Shown: positions 38,690 to 51,283 of the stretch, piece by piece
Layout: the number at the start of each line of letters is the position of its first letter
How positions within the stretch are numbered: position 1 is the first letter of the stretch
Source of the DNA: Faecousia sp.
GTDB lineage: Bacteria > Bacillota > Clostridia > Oscillospirales > Oscillospiraceae
Length of the DNA stretch: 64,000 nt
NCBI GenBank assembly: GCA_045588045.1
Contig: JAZNDJ010000070.1
Coordinates: 17,190-81,189 of the forward strand
Direction: 5' to 3'
Program-made: the position numbers and the translations under genes
The notes under the pieces: model-generated
The model's database searches: none
The model's input: only the letters and a program-made list of their open reading frames with translations
Told to the model about the DNA's origin: nothing

Positions 38690-38920
38690 ATGCGTTGAAG
38701 AGGAGTTTTCCCGCATATTGCATTTCAGAGAGCGCACGGTTGCTGTGAGTGCGCATGCTTTTGCCGGAATTGTCGCCTCAGAGCTGACTGCCTGAATGGA
38801 TTTGTAGGGCAGTACGGGTGGCCCGTTACAGCCTATGAGTGCCCGAACCTCGGGAATTCAGGTGGTACCACGGAATATTCCTATTCCGCCCTGAGCATTT
38901 GCTCGGGGCATTTTTTATTT
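38690..38920 (+). promoter_or_regulatory. T-box riboswitch, Val (GUC specifier)
   Basis: AGAGAG/GCTGTGA stem I; GUC at 38772-38774; AGGTGGTACCACGG at 38860-38873; terminator GCCCTGAGC/GCTCGGGGC + U-tract. Confidence 0.92.
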
Positions 38921-38937
38921 AGAAGGGGTGTTTTGCT

Positions 38938-41577
38938 ATGGCAAGAGAACTGCCAAAGGTTTACGAACCAAAACAGGTAGAAACCAAGATCTATAAGATG
39001 TGGGAGGATAACGGCCATTTCCGACCCAATAGAAATCGGGATGCGAAGCCATTTACCATTGTTATGCCGCCTCCGAACGTCACCGGTCAGCTGCACATGG
39101 GTCACGCGATGGACGCGACCTTGCAGGATACACTGATTCGCTTTAAGCGCATGCAGGGCTATAACGCGCTGTGGCTACCCGGCGTTGACCATGCCGGTAT
39201 TGCCACACAGATCAAGGTGGAAGAGGAGCTCCGTAAGGAGGGCCTGACCCGCTATGACCTGGGCCGTGAGAAATTTCTTGAGCGCGTATGGGAGTGGAAG
39301 CACAAGTACGGAAACCGGATCGTGGAGCAGCAGAAAAAGCTGGGTGCATCCTGTGACTGGGACCGCGCCCGCTTTACCATGGACGAAGGTTGCTCCCGTG
39401 CCGTTCGTGAAGTGTTTGTGTCCCTGTATGAGAAGGGCTTGATCTATAAGGGCAGCCGGATCATCAACTGGTGTCCCCATTGCGTCACTGCATTGTCCGA
39501 TGCGGAGGTCGAGTACGTGGATAAGCCGGGCCACCTTTGGCATATCCGGTATCCGTTGACTGATGGCAGTGGAGACGTTGTGGTTGCTACGACCCGTCCG
39601 GAGACTATGCTGGGTGATACCGGTGTCTGTGTCAATCCCAACGATGAACGCTACACATCGATTGTTGGCAAGACGGTCATGCTCCCCCTTGTCAACAAAG
39701 AAATCCCTATCGTTGCCGATGATTATGCGGAGATGGAGTTTGGCACCGGCTGCGTAAAAATGACACCTGCCCACGACCCTAATGACTTTGAGGTTGGTCT
39801 GCGCCATAACCTTGAGGTGATCCGCGTGCTGGATGACAACGGTGTGATCAATAGCTACGGCGGCAAATACGAGGGTATGGACCGTTACGAAGCCCGCAAG
39901 GCCATCGTTGCCGATCTGGAAGCCCAAGGCTTCCTCGTGAAGATCGATGAGCACGCGCATAATGTCGGTACCTGCTATCGCTGCCATAATGATGTGGAGC
40001 CCATTATCTCTGCTCAGTGGTTTGTGAAGATGAAGCCTCTAGCTGAGGAAGCCATCCGCGTTGTGAAGGAAGGGGAGACCAAGTTTGTTCCCGACCGGTT
40101 CAGCAAGACCTATCTTAACTGGATGGAAAATGTCCGTGACTGGTGTATTTCCCGCCAGCTTTGGTGGGGGCATCAGATCCCAGCCTGGACCTGTGAAGAA
40201 TGCGGCCATATTACCGTTTCCCGGGAGGACGCCTGTCAGTGTGAAAAGTGCGGCAGTGCGCATATTGAGCGGGACCCCGATGTGCTGGATACCTGGTTCT
40301 CCTCTGCACTGTGGCCTTTTGAAACGTTGGGCTGGCCCGAAAAAACCGAGGATCTTGATTACTTCTATCCAACGGACGTTCTTGTTACCGGTTATGACAT
40401 TATTTTCTTCTGGGTTGCCAGAATGATCTTCTCCGGCTGCGAGCATACCGGAAAGACCCCGTTCCACACCGTTCTGATCCACGGTCTTGTTCGGGATGAT
40501 AAGGGCCGCAAAATGTCCAAATCCCTTGGGAACGGCATCGATCCGCTGGATATGATCGAGCAATACGGCTGTGATGCTCTGCGTATGAACATGGTCACGG
40601 GCAACTCCCCCGGAAATGACATGCGCTTCTATGTAGAGCGGTGCGAGGCTATGCGTAATTTCGCAAACAAGCTTTGGAACGCCAGCCGGTATGTCCTGAT
40701 GAACCTTTCCGACGATGCAGTGAACGCTCTGCCTGCGCCGGACAGCCTAACAACTGCTGATAAGTGGGTCCTCTCCAAGTTAAATAAGCTGATCGCAGAG
40801 GTTACGGAGAACCTTGAGAAATACGAGCTCGGTGTCGCCGTTCAGAAGGTGTATGATTTCCTGTGGGATACCTACTGCGACTGGTATATTGAACTCACAA
40901 AGGCCAGACTATACAGCGATGATGTCCAGCAAAAGCAGAACGCCTTGCAGGTTTTGGTCTATGTGCTGGATCAGACGCTTCGTCTGCTTCATCCCTTCAT
41001 GCCCTTCATTACGGAAGAGATTTGGCAAAGTCTGCCTCACGAAGGCGAAGCTTTGATCGTGGCTGATTGGCCTGCGTACCGCGAGGATCTGGCATTTAAG
41101 GCAGAAGAGGACATGATGGAATCGGTCATGAATGCGATTCGCGCTATCCGTAACCGCCGGGCGGAGATGAACGTACCTCCGTCCAAGAAGGCCGCGCTGT
41201 TTGTGGTCACAGGAAAGCCCCAGGTCTACACCGAGGGCGAAGGCTTCATCCAGCGGCTTGCTTATGCGGATCAGGTGACAGTCCTGGATACAGAACCTGC
41301 AAATATTGATGGTATGGTCTGCTGCACAACGGCAGATGCGAAACTGTTCATTCCCATGGGACAGTTGGTTGATGTGGCCAAGGAGCTGGAACGGATCGAC
41401 AAAGAATTGGAGAAGGCGAGGAAGAATCTTGCCTCCATCGAGAGTAAGCTCTCCAACGAAAACTTCACCGCCCGGGCACCGGAGAATGTGGTGAATGCCG
41501 AGCGTGAAAAAGCCGCTAGGGCGCGGGATCTGATCGCGCAGCTTGAGGAAAGTCTTGCAACAATGAAGAAACTGTAA
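38938..41577 (+). CDS. valS: Valine-tRNA ligase
   Basis: [30 protein letters not shown]-terminal coiled coil. Confidence 0.98.
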   Translation: MARELPKVYEPKQVETKIYKMWEDNGHFRPNRNRDAKPFTIVMPPPNVTGQLHMGHAMDATLQDTLIRFKRMQGYNALWLPGVDHAGIATQIKVEEELRKEGLTRYDLGREKFLERVWEWKHKYGNRIVEQQKKLGASCDWDRARFTMDEGCSRAVREVFVSLYEKGLIYKGSRIINWCPHCVTALSDAEVEYVDKPGHLWHIRYPLTDGSGDVVVATTRPETMLGDTGVCVNPNDERYTSIVGKTVMLPLVNKEIPIVADDYAEMEFGTGCVKMTPAHDPNDFEVGLRHNLEVIRVLDDNGVINSYGGKYEGMDRYEARKAIVADLEAQGFLVKIDEHAHNVGTCYRCHNDVEPIISAQWFVKMKPLAEEAIRVVKEGETKFVPDRFSKTYLNWMENVRDWCISRQLWWGHQIPAWTCEECGHITVSREDACQCEKCGSAHIERDPDVLDTWFSSALWPFETLGWPEKTEDLDYFYPTDVLVTGYDIIFFWVARMIFSGCEHTGKTPFHTVLIHGLVRDDKGRKMSKSLGNGIDPLDMIEQYGCDALRMNMVTGNSPGNDMRFYVERCEAMRNFANKLWNASRYVLMNLSDDAVNALPAPDSLTTADKWVLSKLNKLIAEVTENLEKYELGVAVQKVYDFLWDTYCDWYIELTKARLYSDDVQQKQNALQVLVYVLDQTLRLLHPFMPFITEEIWQSLPHEGEALIVADWPAYREDLAFKAEEDMMESVMNAIRAIRNRRAEMNVPPSKKAALFVVTGKPQVYTEGEGFIQRLAYADQVTVLDTEPANIDGMVCCTTADAKLFIPMGQLVDVAKELERIDKELEKARKNLASIESKLSNENFTARAPENVVNAEREKAARARDLIAQLEESLATMKKL

Positions 41578-41588
41578 TTCTTTTTTTG

Positions 41589-41628
41589 AAAGGCATGCAA
41601 ACAGAAAGTTTGCATGCCTTTCTTTTTT
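41589..41628 (+). terminator. valS terminator
   Basis: AAAGGCATGCAAAC/GTTTGCATGCCTTT + T-run. Confidence 0.85.
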
Positions 41629-41703
41629 GTTACCCAATTACGACTGCAAATACAAAGGAGCAGTTTTTATACTTAACTCGGAACTTTGAAAGGAGGAGCA
41701 ATC

Positions 41704-42021
41704 ATGCAATTTACAAGTTTTCTGGACAGCGGCCAATTAACAGTTGCCCTGACCGGAGAAATAGACCACCACTGTGCTAAAGGATACATAGATTCGATTA
41801 TGGCTAAGATCGAGGCGTATACACCGCAGGTGTGTATACTGGATTTTCAGGATGTGACATTTATGGATTCATCGGGAATCGCGGTGGTCATCAATGCGCT
41901 TCGATATATGACGCGTATACAAGGGACACTTATGCTTACGGGACTTAGGGAGCAACCTCTGAAGGTATTTAAAACATCGGGCGTGGATAAAATTATTGCA
42001 ATCAAGGAGGAGATAAAATGA
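41704..42021 (+). CDS. spoIIAA: Anti-sigma F factor antagonist
   Basis: GEIDHH, FMDSSGI STAS motif; first gene of the spoIIA operon. Confidence 0.93.
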   Translation: MQFTSFLDSGQLTVALTGEIDHHCAKGYIDSIMAKIEAYTPQVCILDFQDVTFMDSSGIAVVINALRYMTRIQGTLMLTGLREQPLKVFKTSGVDKIIAIKEEIK

Positions 42022-42449
42022 AATTTGAAAACTTTATGATTCTGGAATTTCCGAGCAGGTCAACCAATGAAGCGTTCGCGCGGAGTGCAGTTGCATGCTT
42101 TGCAGCGCAGCTTGACCCAACAATGGAGGAGCTTGGGGATATTCGTACGGCAGTATCTGAAGCTGTGACGAATTGCATAGTTCATGCATACCCGGATGCG
42201 ATCGGAACGATCATGCTGCGATGCAGAATCCTGAAGGATAACACACTGGATATTGTCATCAAGGACAAGGGAATTGGCATTTCCGATCTTGAGCAGGCGC
42301 GCAGACCGATGTTCACAACGGGCAGTTCCGACAGAAGCGGCATGGGCTTCACCATTATGGAAAGCTTTATGACAACGTTTGATGTGACATCGGAGCCTGG
42401 AAAGGGAACTACGGTACATATGCGCAGGAAGCTGCAGCGACGCAAATGA
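42018..42449 (+). CDS. spoIIAB: Anti-sigma F factor
   Basis: NEAFAR, TAVSEAVTN.IVHAY, RSGMGFTIMESFM. Confidence 0.97.
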   Translation: MKFENFMILEFPSRSTNEAFARSAVACFAAQLDPTMEELGDIRTAVSEAVTNCIVHAYPDAIGTIMLRCRILKDNTLDIVIKDKGIGISDLEQARRPMFTTGSSDRSGMGFTIMESFMTTFDVTSEPGKGTTVHMRRKLQRRK

Positions 42450-43150
42450 GTAGGGTTGAGGAGCTGATCGCCCGCAGTCAGGCAGGCGATCCGGATGCCG
42501 GAGAGTTACTACTTGTTGAAAACGCAGGACTTATTTGGTCTGTGGTCCGGCGGTTTGTGGGTCGTGGCACGGAAGCTGAGGATCTGTATCAGCTCGGTTG
42601 TGTCGGTTTTCTGAAAGCAGTAAATGGGTTTGACCTGAATTTTGGAACACAATTCTCCACCTATGCTGTGCCAAAAATCGCCGGAGAGATCCGTCGATTC
42701 CTACGGGATGACGGAGCGGTCAAGGTCTCTCGGGGTATTAAGGAACAGGCTTCCGTGATCAAATCTGTACGCAATGAACTGATTGCAGCAAACGGACGCG
42801 AACCCACGATACAGGAGATCGCGGCAGCAACAGGTTTCTCGCCGGAGGAAATTGCAACGGCCGAATCCGCGACGGCTACTGTGGAATCGATACAGCAGGA
42901 GAACGGAGAAGACGGCTTCTCTCTTGAAGATGTATTGACGGACACGGAATCCGAGGAGATCCTTTTGGAGAAAATTTCGCTTCGACAGGCTGTGGAAAGG
43001 CTTCCGGAACGGGAATCTATGGTCATCCGCCTTCGGTATTTTCACTGTCTGACACAGGACAGGGTAGCCAAGGTCCTTTCTGTCAGCCAGGTGCAGGTAT
43101 CCAGAATTGAAAAGAAGGCATTAGGTAGACTTCGTGAGATGTTATTCTGA
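42446..43150 (+). CDS. sigF: Sporulation sigma factor F
   Basis: FSTYAVPKIAGEIRRFLRDDG.VKVSR, SQVQVSRIEKK; operon position. Confidence 0.93.
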   Translation: MSRVEELIARSQAGDPDAGELLLVENAGLIWSVVRRFVGRGTEAEDLYQLGCVGFLKAVNGFDLNFGTQFSTYAVPKIAGEIRRFLRDDGAVKVSRGIKEQASVIKSVRNELIAANGREPTIQEIAAATGFSPEEIATAESATATVESIQQENGEDGFSLEDVLTDTESEEILLEKISLRQAVERLPERESMVIRLRYFHCLTQDRVAKVLSVSQVQVSRIEKKALGRLREMLF

Positions 43151-43218
43151 TTTTCTACTTTACCTTTTTCATAATATGCGGTAAAATATATACATCTTTC
43201 AGATAGACAGGTGTACTT

Positions 43219-45615
43219 ATGACAAACGATCTGCAATCTCGTTTTTTGCGAGCCAGGAGCGCATATATTGAAGAACAGTTTTCAAAATTGAATCCTATGC
43301 AGCGGCAAGCTGCTTTGACGACGGAAGGACCGCTGCTTTTGTTAGCCGGTGCCGGAAGCGGCAAGACAACTGTCCTTATCAACAGGATCGCAAACCTGCT
43401 TCGGTTTGGTCGTGGCAGCGACTGTCAGGAGATCCCCAATACGGTCACAGAGGAGGATGTCCTGTTTTTAGAGCAGCAGGATGATACACTTTCGGAGTTT
43501 GACCGTCGCCGGAAAGATTACTTGTGTGCCGTAGACCCGCCTGCGCCCTGGAGTATCCTTGCGATCACCTTCACCAACAAGGCTGCCAATGAGCTAAAGT
43601 GCCGTCTGGAAGCCATGCTGGGCCCTGAGGCACAGGATGTGTGGGCCATGACCTTTCACTCAGCTTGCTGCCGCATTCTCCGACGGGACATTGAACACAT
43701 CGGTTATACTCGGAGCTTCACCATCTACGACGCAGCAGACTCTGAGCGCATGATGAAGGACATCATCAAACAGATGGGGCTGGATGACAAGACCTTTCCT
43801 GCAAAATATGTTCTGAATATTATCAGCCGAGAAAAGGATAAGATGATTGGCCCAGACGAAATGATGGAGCATATCGAAACCACCAATGATATGCGTCTTT
43901 ATCATGTTGCAAAGGCTTACAAGAGCTATCAAATAAAGCTGAAGGAAAATAATGCTCTGGATTTTGACGATATTATTTTCAAAACGGTGGAGCTTCTTCA
44001 GCAGCACGAGGACGTGCGCACCTTCTACCAACGAAAATTCCGGTATGTTCTTGTGGACGAGTACCAGGATACGAACCACATGCAATATTTACTTACATCG
44101 CTTTTGGCAGGTGGTTATGAGAATATTTGTGTCGTTGGTGATGATGACCAGAGCATTTACCGTTTCCGGGGCGCAACGATCGAGAATATTCTCAATTTTG
44201 AGAAGGAGTACCGCGGCGCCCGCGTGATCCGTCTTGAGCAGAATTACCGGTCTACTCAGTCGATCCTGAATGCTGCAAACGCCGTCATCGCCCATAATCT
44301 TGCACGAAAGGGCAAACGTCTTTGGACGGCAAATGGATGTGGTGACCCCATCACGGTTTACGAGGCAAATGACGAAGGAGCCGAGGCAAACTATGTTGCC
44401 GGTCAGATCATAACATCTTCAAAGGGAAAGAATTTTAAGGACTACGCGATCCTGTACCGCACCAACGCCCAGTCCAACGTTTTGGAATTTGCTATGAAGC
44501 GAAACGGTATCCCATACCGCGTAATTGGCGGTATGCGTTTCTTTGACCGTGCGGAAGTTAAGGATATGCTTTCCTATTTATGCGTCATCAATAACCGTGC
44601 TGACGATCTCCGACTGCGCAGGATCATTAACAACCCGCCCCGTGGCATTGGTCCCAAAGCATTGGAATCCGCTGAGCGCATGGCCACAGCAGAAGGGGAG
44701 GGGTTGTATCGTGTGATCAGCGATCCGTATTCCTATGGGCCCCTCGAAAAGTCTGCCGGTAAATTCAAGCTTTTCTCCGACCTGATCGAAGGCCTTGCAG
44801 AATTACTGGAGGAGGGGATCAGCCTGCCGGAGTTTTACGAAGAGGTTATGAACCGTACCGGCTATATCGCGATGCTTGAATCCAGGCCGACGGAGGAAAA
44901 CAAGACCCGTTTGGAAAATATCCGAGAGCTGAAATCCAGTATTACCACCTATGTTCAGAATGCGGACATCCCCACATTGGCCGGCTTTTTGGAGGAGATC
45001 GCACTCTACACCGACTTAGAGCAGTACGACGAAGATGATGATGCCGTTGTCATGATGACAATGCACTCGGCAAAGGGACTGGAGTTCCCACATGTCTTTT
45101 TGGTTGGGTTTGAGGATGGCCTGTTCCCTGGAATGCGCGCCATCGGTGACATGGAGGAAATGGAGGAGGAACGTCGTCTTTGCTATGTTGCGATCACCCG
45201 GGCCAAAAAAGCTCTGACAATTTCCTATGCCAGACAAAGAATGCTCTATGGCCGCACAAACGCCTCTCTACAGTCGAGATTTTTGCGTGAGATACCTGAA
45301 GATGTTCTTGTAAAAAAGGGCGGATATCAAAGCTACAGTGCCCCTGCCAGAGCGCCGTATTCCGTAAGCACCAAGCTGCCACCCTTGGGAAGTACGCAGC
45401 AGAACAGCTTTGCCAAATTTGCCCCGGTGCAAAAAAGCGCAAGCTACCTTGAATTAAACAAGGGTGACATGGTTCAACACACAGCATTCGGTAAGGGTAT
45501 GGTTTTGTCTGTTGTTAAAATGGGTGGAGATGCCCTTTTGGAGATCGCGTTTGACGAGATCGGCACAAAAAAGCTGATGGCAAAAACCGCTTCGGCACAC
45601 ATGAAACGACTGTAA
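43219..45615 (+). CDS. pcrA: ATP-dependent DNA helicase PcrA/UvrD
   Basis: AGAGSGKT, DEYQDTN, GDDDQSIY.FRGA, TMHSAKGLEF, EERRLCYVAITRA, Tudor-like C-terminus. Confidence 0.96.
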   Translation: MTNDLQSRFLRARSAYIEEQFSKLNPMQRQAALTTEGPLLLLAGAGSGKTTVLINRIANLLRFGRGSDCQEIPNTVTEEDVLFLEQQDDTLSEFDRRRKDYLCAVDPPAPWSILAITFTNKAANELKCRLEAMLGPEAQDVWAMTFHSACCRILRRDIEHIGYTRSFTIYDAADSERMMKDIIKQMGLDDKTFPAKYVLNIISREKDKMIGPDEMMEHIETTNDMRLYHVAKAYKSYQIKLKENNALDFDDIIFKTVELLQQHEDVRTFYQRKFRYVLVDEYQDTNHMQYLLTSLLAGGYENICVVGDDDQSIYRFRGATIENILNFEKEYRGARVIRLEQNYRSTQSILNAANAVIAHNLARKGKRLWTANGCGDPITVYEANDEGAEANYVAGQIITSSKGKNFKDYAILYRTNAQSNVLEFAMKRNGIPYRVIGGMRFFDRAEVKDMLSYLCVINNRADDLRLRRIINNPPRGIGPKALESAERMATAEGEGLYRVISDPYSYGPLEKSAGKFKLFSDLIEGLAELLEEGISLPEFYEEVMNRTGYIAMLESRPTEENKTRLENIRELKSSITTYVQNADIPTLAGFLEEIALYTDLEQYDEDDDAVVMMTMHSAKGLEFPHVFLVGFEDGLFPGMRAIGDMEEMEEERRLCYVAITRAKKALTISYARQRMLYGRTNASLQSRFLREIPEDVLVKKGGYQSYSAPARAPYSVSTKLPPLGSTQQNSFAKFAPVQKSASYLELNKGDMVQHTAFGKGMVLSVVKMGGDALLEIAFDEIGTKKLMAKTASAHMKRL

Positions 45616-45644
45616 TACGGCATATAATTCCCCGGGGGGATACG

Positions 45645-48243
<2,599 letters not shown>

Positions 48244-48248
48244 ACAAC

Positions 48249-48284
48249 ATACAGCCGGGTGTGAAGCATCACACCCGGCTGTAT
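48249..48284. terminator. Hairpin between convergent genes
   Basis: ATACAGCCGGGTGTGA-AGCA-TCACACCCGGCTGTAT 16-bp stem. Confidence 0.7.
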
Positions 48285-48287
48285 TAC

Positions 48288-48881
48288 TTACTGTGAATCG
48301 TCCGGTCTATTAATCGACTGAAAACGATTGGCGCGCCTAATATAGGTCAGCAGATAATCTGTAAAAGAAATCATCATAAAAACGAGATCCACAACTGTAA
48401 TAAGTTTTACTGCATTACTTGGCAACTCTGGGATCAGAACCATGAGGATCAGGCTTATGAACAGGACTGTTGTGCAGATCTTTCCGGTAATGAGTGCGCC
48501 CTTGAGCATAATCCCCTTGCGCCAATAGATGCTGCCTGCCACAAGCTGAAAGCCCTCTTTGACGATAAAACAGCCAATTAGGTACCACAGGACAGGATAC
48601 TTCACAGAAAGACACATGATCAGAGCGAATTGGGTCGCCTTGTCCGCCAGAGGATCTAATATCTTACCAATGGTGGATATCATATTAAAATGCCTTGCGA
48701 TCTTACCGTCGATCAAGTCTGTCAGACAGGACACGGCTAAAATGGCGGCTGCAATAAAATAGTCTCTGTAATCACTGGCGTTCAGATAGATGACCACATA
48801 TACAGGAATAAGCAACAGCCTAAACAAACTTAACAAATTTGGGATCGTAAATAAATCCTTTTTCCAATCTTTAATACGCAT
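48288..48881 (-). CDS. CDP-alcohol phosphatidyltransferase (PgsA-like)
   Basis: TIPNLLS.FR; TDLIDGKIAR......GKILDPLADK. Confidence 0.92.
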   Translation of the reverse strand: MRIKDWKKDLFTIPNLLSLFRLLLIPVYVVIYLNASDYRDYFIAAAILAVSCLTDLIDGKIARHFNMISTIGKILDPLADKATQFALIMCLSVKYPVLWYLIGCFIVKEGFQLVAGSIYWRKGIMLKGALITGKICTTVLFISLILMVLIPELPSNAVKLITVVDLVFMMISFTDYLLTYIRRANRFQSINRPDDSQ

Positions 48882-48996
48882 GCTCGCAATTCCTCCGGAC
48901 CGACGCTCCCTGTTTCAAATATTATATGTCTTTTTATTCACCGAATCAAGCCTAAAGTGAGTTTGCTGAAAAATTTTACATTTTTTTCAATTATCT

Positions 48997-49545
48997 TTAA
49001 TCATTGGGATTGTTTTCTATGCGCATATCATGGTGTGCCTTCAGTGTAAAATGACGCGCGAGGTTTTTCCATGTTTCTCTATCCAGTTCTCCGGTTTGCT
49101 CCAGGTTTGCAAGCTTTTGAAAATCTGACAGAGCATTGCTTGTTTCGTTGTCAAGTACACCGGTATGATAGGGGACTGTTATGGACAAATAATCTTCAGA
49201 AAGATATATGAGAATACTTTGCAGCAGATAGATATAAGCGCCGCTATCGCCGAGGCGAAGTACTTGACCGGGTTCCAATAAAATCTCAATAGGTTCGGCC
49301 TTATCGATACGGACCAACGCGGACTCATACTGTTCAGCGATCATATCCCACGTTAACTGATCGACAATGCCGTTTGTTGGCAAGCCGTTGGCCCTTTGAA
49401 ATGCAACGACTGCCTGGGTCGTTGAAGGGCCGTATATGCCATCCGGCACGACGGAGGGATATCGGTTGTTATCCTCTGCAATCACCCTAAGCATTGTCTG
49501 CAAGCTTCTGACAGGCTGCTCAAGAAAGGATTCGCCCGGCCTCAT
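48997..49545 (-). CDS. Protein with two peptidoglycan-binding (PG_binding_1) domains
   Basis: VRSLQ..L...DGIYGPST..AV.AFQ...GL..NGIVD..TW, repeated twice. Confidence 0.88.
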   Translation of the reverse strand: MRPGESFLEQPVRSLQTMLRVIAEDNNRYPSVVPDGIYGPSTTQAVVAFQRANGLPTNGIVDQLTWDMIAEQYESALVRIDKAEPIEILLEPGQVLRLGDSGAYIYLLQSILIYLSEDYLSITVPYHTGVLDNETSNALSDFQKLANLEQTGELDRETWKNLARHFTLKAHHDMRIENNPND

Positions 49546-50765
49546 CTAACCACCTCCTGTCTGACAGGATCTCGTGACCCTGTGCTCAGATCACGTCCCG
49601 GAAACTGTGTATGCAGAGATGACCGGGAGTAATTGTTTCGACTGTTTCTGCCGGACTGCGTTTGACTGGCAGGAAACCGCTCTGTACTACGAAGGTTGGA
49701 ATTTTCAATGCCTGAATATTGATCGTAGATCGCATCCCAGGTCTGTGCACCTACAGTACCTGTCTCCGGCAGTCCAAACCGTCTCTGCGCTGCCAAGACA
49801 GCTGCGCGTGTGTTTTGTCCGTATATACCGTCCACACTTAAGGGCGGGATCGACGGAATATAGGTCGACAGAACAGACAGCATATACTGGAGCAGCCGTA
49901 CTTTCTCGCCTGTGTCACCAACAGACAGACCGTTGGGTGGAGACCAGTTTATGGCGTAAAACTGTTGTCCCTGGCTGCGCAATTCGGACAGTCTTGTAAC
50001 TGCTGTGTAAAGTCTAACTATTTCATACCATGTGCCCGGTCCGACGATCCCATCCGGTGTTAGTCCGAAAATTTGTTGAAATGCAATAACCGCCGCTTCC
50101 GTTCTGCTTCCAAATATCCCATCTACCGTCGGAATTTTGGGGATAGCCGGATAGTTTTGGGAGATGCGGTTCAATGATACTTGAATCACGACAACATTTG
50201 GCCCGCTGCTACCGCGCTGAATTGGACTGCCCGGATAGGATGAAGCAATGCCGCGTACTGGGGCGTTCAAAACTGTCTCCACATTGCCATAGTAATTTCT
50301 CAGAATCTGTTCCGAAGTAAAGCCTTGCTGTGCAAGATTCTGACTGCCCCATTGGCTTAAACCCTCACAAGTCACCGATGTGCCGTTGCAAAATTTTGCT
50401 GCCAGCGGCTCCACAAATCCGGGACGCCGCAAATAATCGTTAAAAAGTTCATCGACAAGTCTTGAGATGTTTTCAAAGAAACTGCGACCGTTTACAAATG
50501 CTTGGTCAAAGGCTGTTGAATTGGTTATATCAAAATCGTAGCCTCGGCTGCGATAGAATTCTGTATATACGCGATTGAGTGCAAAAGATACGATGGCAAA
50601 AATATTTGCGCGCAGTGCACTTTCGTCCCAAGTCGGATAAATCTCGCTAGATGCGACGTTCTTTACATAGTCCGGAAAAGACACGGTTACATTGGGGGCA
50701 TTTGACGAAGGCGAGCCAAGGTGAACGGTAATGTTTTGGGGGACATAAGGAATAACAGGCGGCAA
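49542..50765 (-). CDS. sleC: SleC-type spore cortex-lytic enzyme, catalytic part + two PG-binding domains
   Basis: VPQNITVHLG, DYVKNVASSEIYPTW, LNRVYTE.YR, ITNSTAFDQ, QWGS; own AAGGAGG RBS with TTG start. Confidence 0.85.
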   Translation of the reverse strand: MPPVIPYVPQNITVHLGSPSSNAPNVTVSFPDYVKNVASSEIYPTWDESALRANIFAIVSFALNRVYTEFYRSRGYDFDITNSTAFDQAFVNGRSFFENISRLVDELFNDYLRRPGFVEPLAAKFCNGTSVTCEGLSQWGSQNLAQQGFTSEQILRNYYGNVETVLNAPVRGIASSYPGSPIQRGSSGPNVVVIQVSLNRISQNYPAIPKIPTVDGIFGSRTEAAVIAFQQIFGLTPDGIVGPGTWYEIVRLYTAVTRLSELRSQGQQFYAINWSPPNGLSVGDTGEKVRLLQYMLSVLSTYIPSIPPLSVDGIYGQNTRAAVLAAQRRFGLPETGTVGAQTWDAIYDQYSGIENSNLRSTERFPASQTQSGRNSRNNYSRSSLHTQFPGRDLSTGSRDPVRQEVVR

Positions 50766-50778
50766 TCCGATCCCTCCT

Positions 50779-51162
50779 TTACAGATTCTGTATAAGCGTA
50801 TCGAAACGCTCCGATTGGTTCCAGGAATCCGGAAGCTCCGACAGTGGGATCATCTCCAAATTTTGATTTGTCACCGTGTTTGCGAATATCTGCACGTTCT
50901 CAATATAAATCTCCTCATAGTTTTCAAGTCGTGCAAACAGGTCTACAGAAGTGAATGGTATGATGCCGGTGTTTGGGCTCTGACTTGCGGATAAATCCGG
51001 TACATCGATGGCAATTGGTGCGCTTAGCACACCGCTTCTGTTTGTGAGCCGTAAGGCGATGGCTGCACCACCTTTGTCTGTGACTGCTACTGCAACATCC
51101 CGTAACGGGATCCGTGCATTACTGGCATAGGCGTGTACCTGTAAGTAACCAATTGCAGGCAA
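50779..51162 (-). CDS. Stand-alone SleC pre/pro-domain-like protein
   Basis: GYLQV.AY....IP...V.V..; T.RSG....I..P....SQSP...PF; VQIFANTVT.Q....P resemble the SleC N-terminal region; AAGGAGG + TTG start. Confidence 0.75.
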   Translation of the reverse strand: MPAIGYLQVHAYASNARIPLRDVAVAVTDKGGAAIALRLTNRSGVLSAPIAIDVPDLSASQSPNTGIIPFTSVDLFARLENYEEIYIENVQIFANTVTNQNLEMIPLSELPDSWNQSERFDTLIQNL

Positions 51163-51190
51163 ATACTGACCTCCTTTCAAAATCTATATG

Positions 51191-51219
51191 TATGCTATGC
51201 AGTATCGCAGAAAATTGTG
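51191..51219 (-). promoter_or_regulatory. SigK-type promoter of the sleC cluster
   Basis: CACA-N16-CATAGCATA on the minus strand. Confidence 0.55.
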
Positions 51220-51230
51220 TACTGTTTGGG

Positions 51231-51259
51231 CACAAACCTATCTGCAGGAACATAGTCTA
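51231..51259 (+). promoter_or_regulatory. SigK-type promoter of asnB
   Basis: CACA-N16-CATAGTCTA. Confidence 0.55.
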
Positions 51260-51283
51260 TAGAGAGTGAAAGGGGGAGGTGCT

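Noticed and set aside
41654-41685. SigH promoter and Spo0A box for spoIIA
   Set aside because: AGGA-GAAC spacing is 21 nt, too long, and the 0A-box match is poor; expected biologically but not supportable here.
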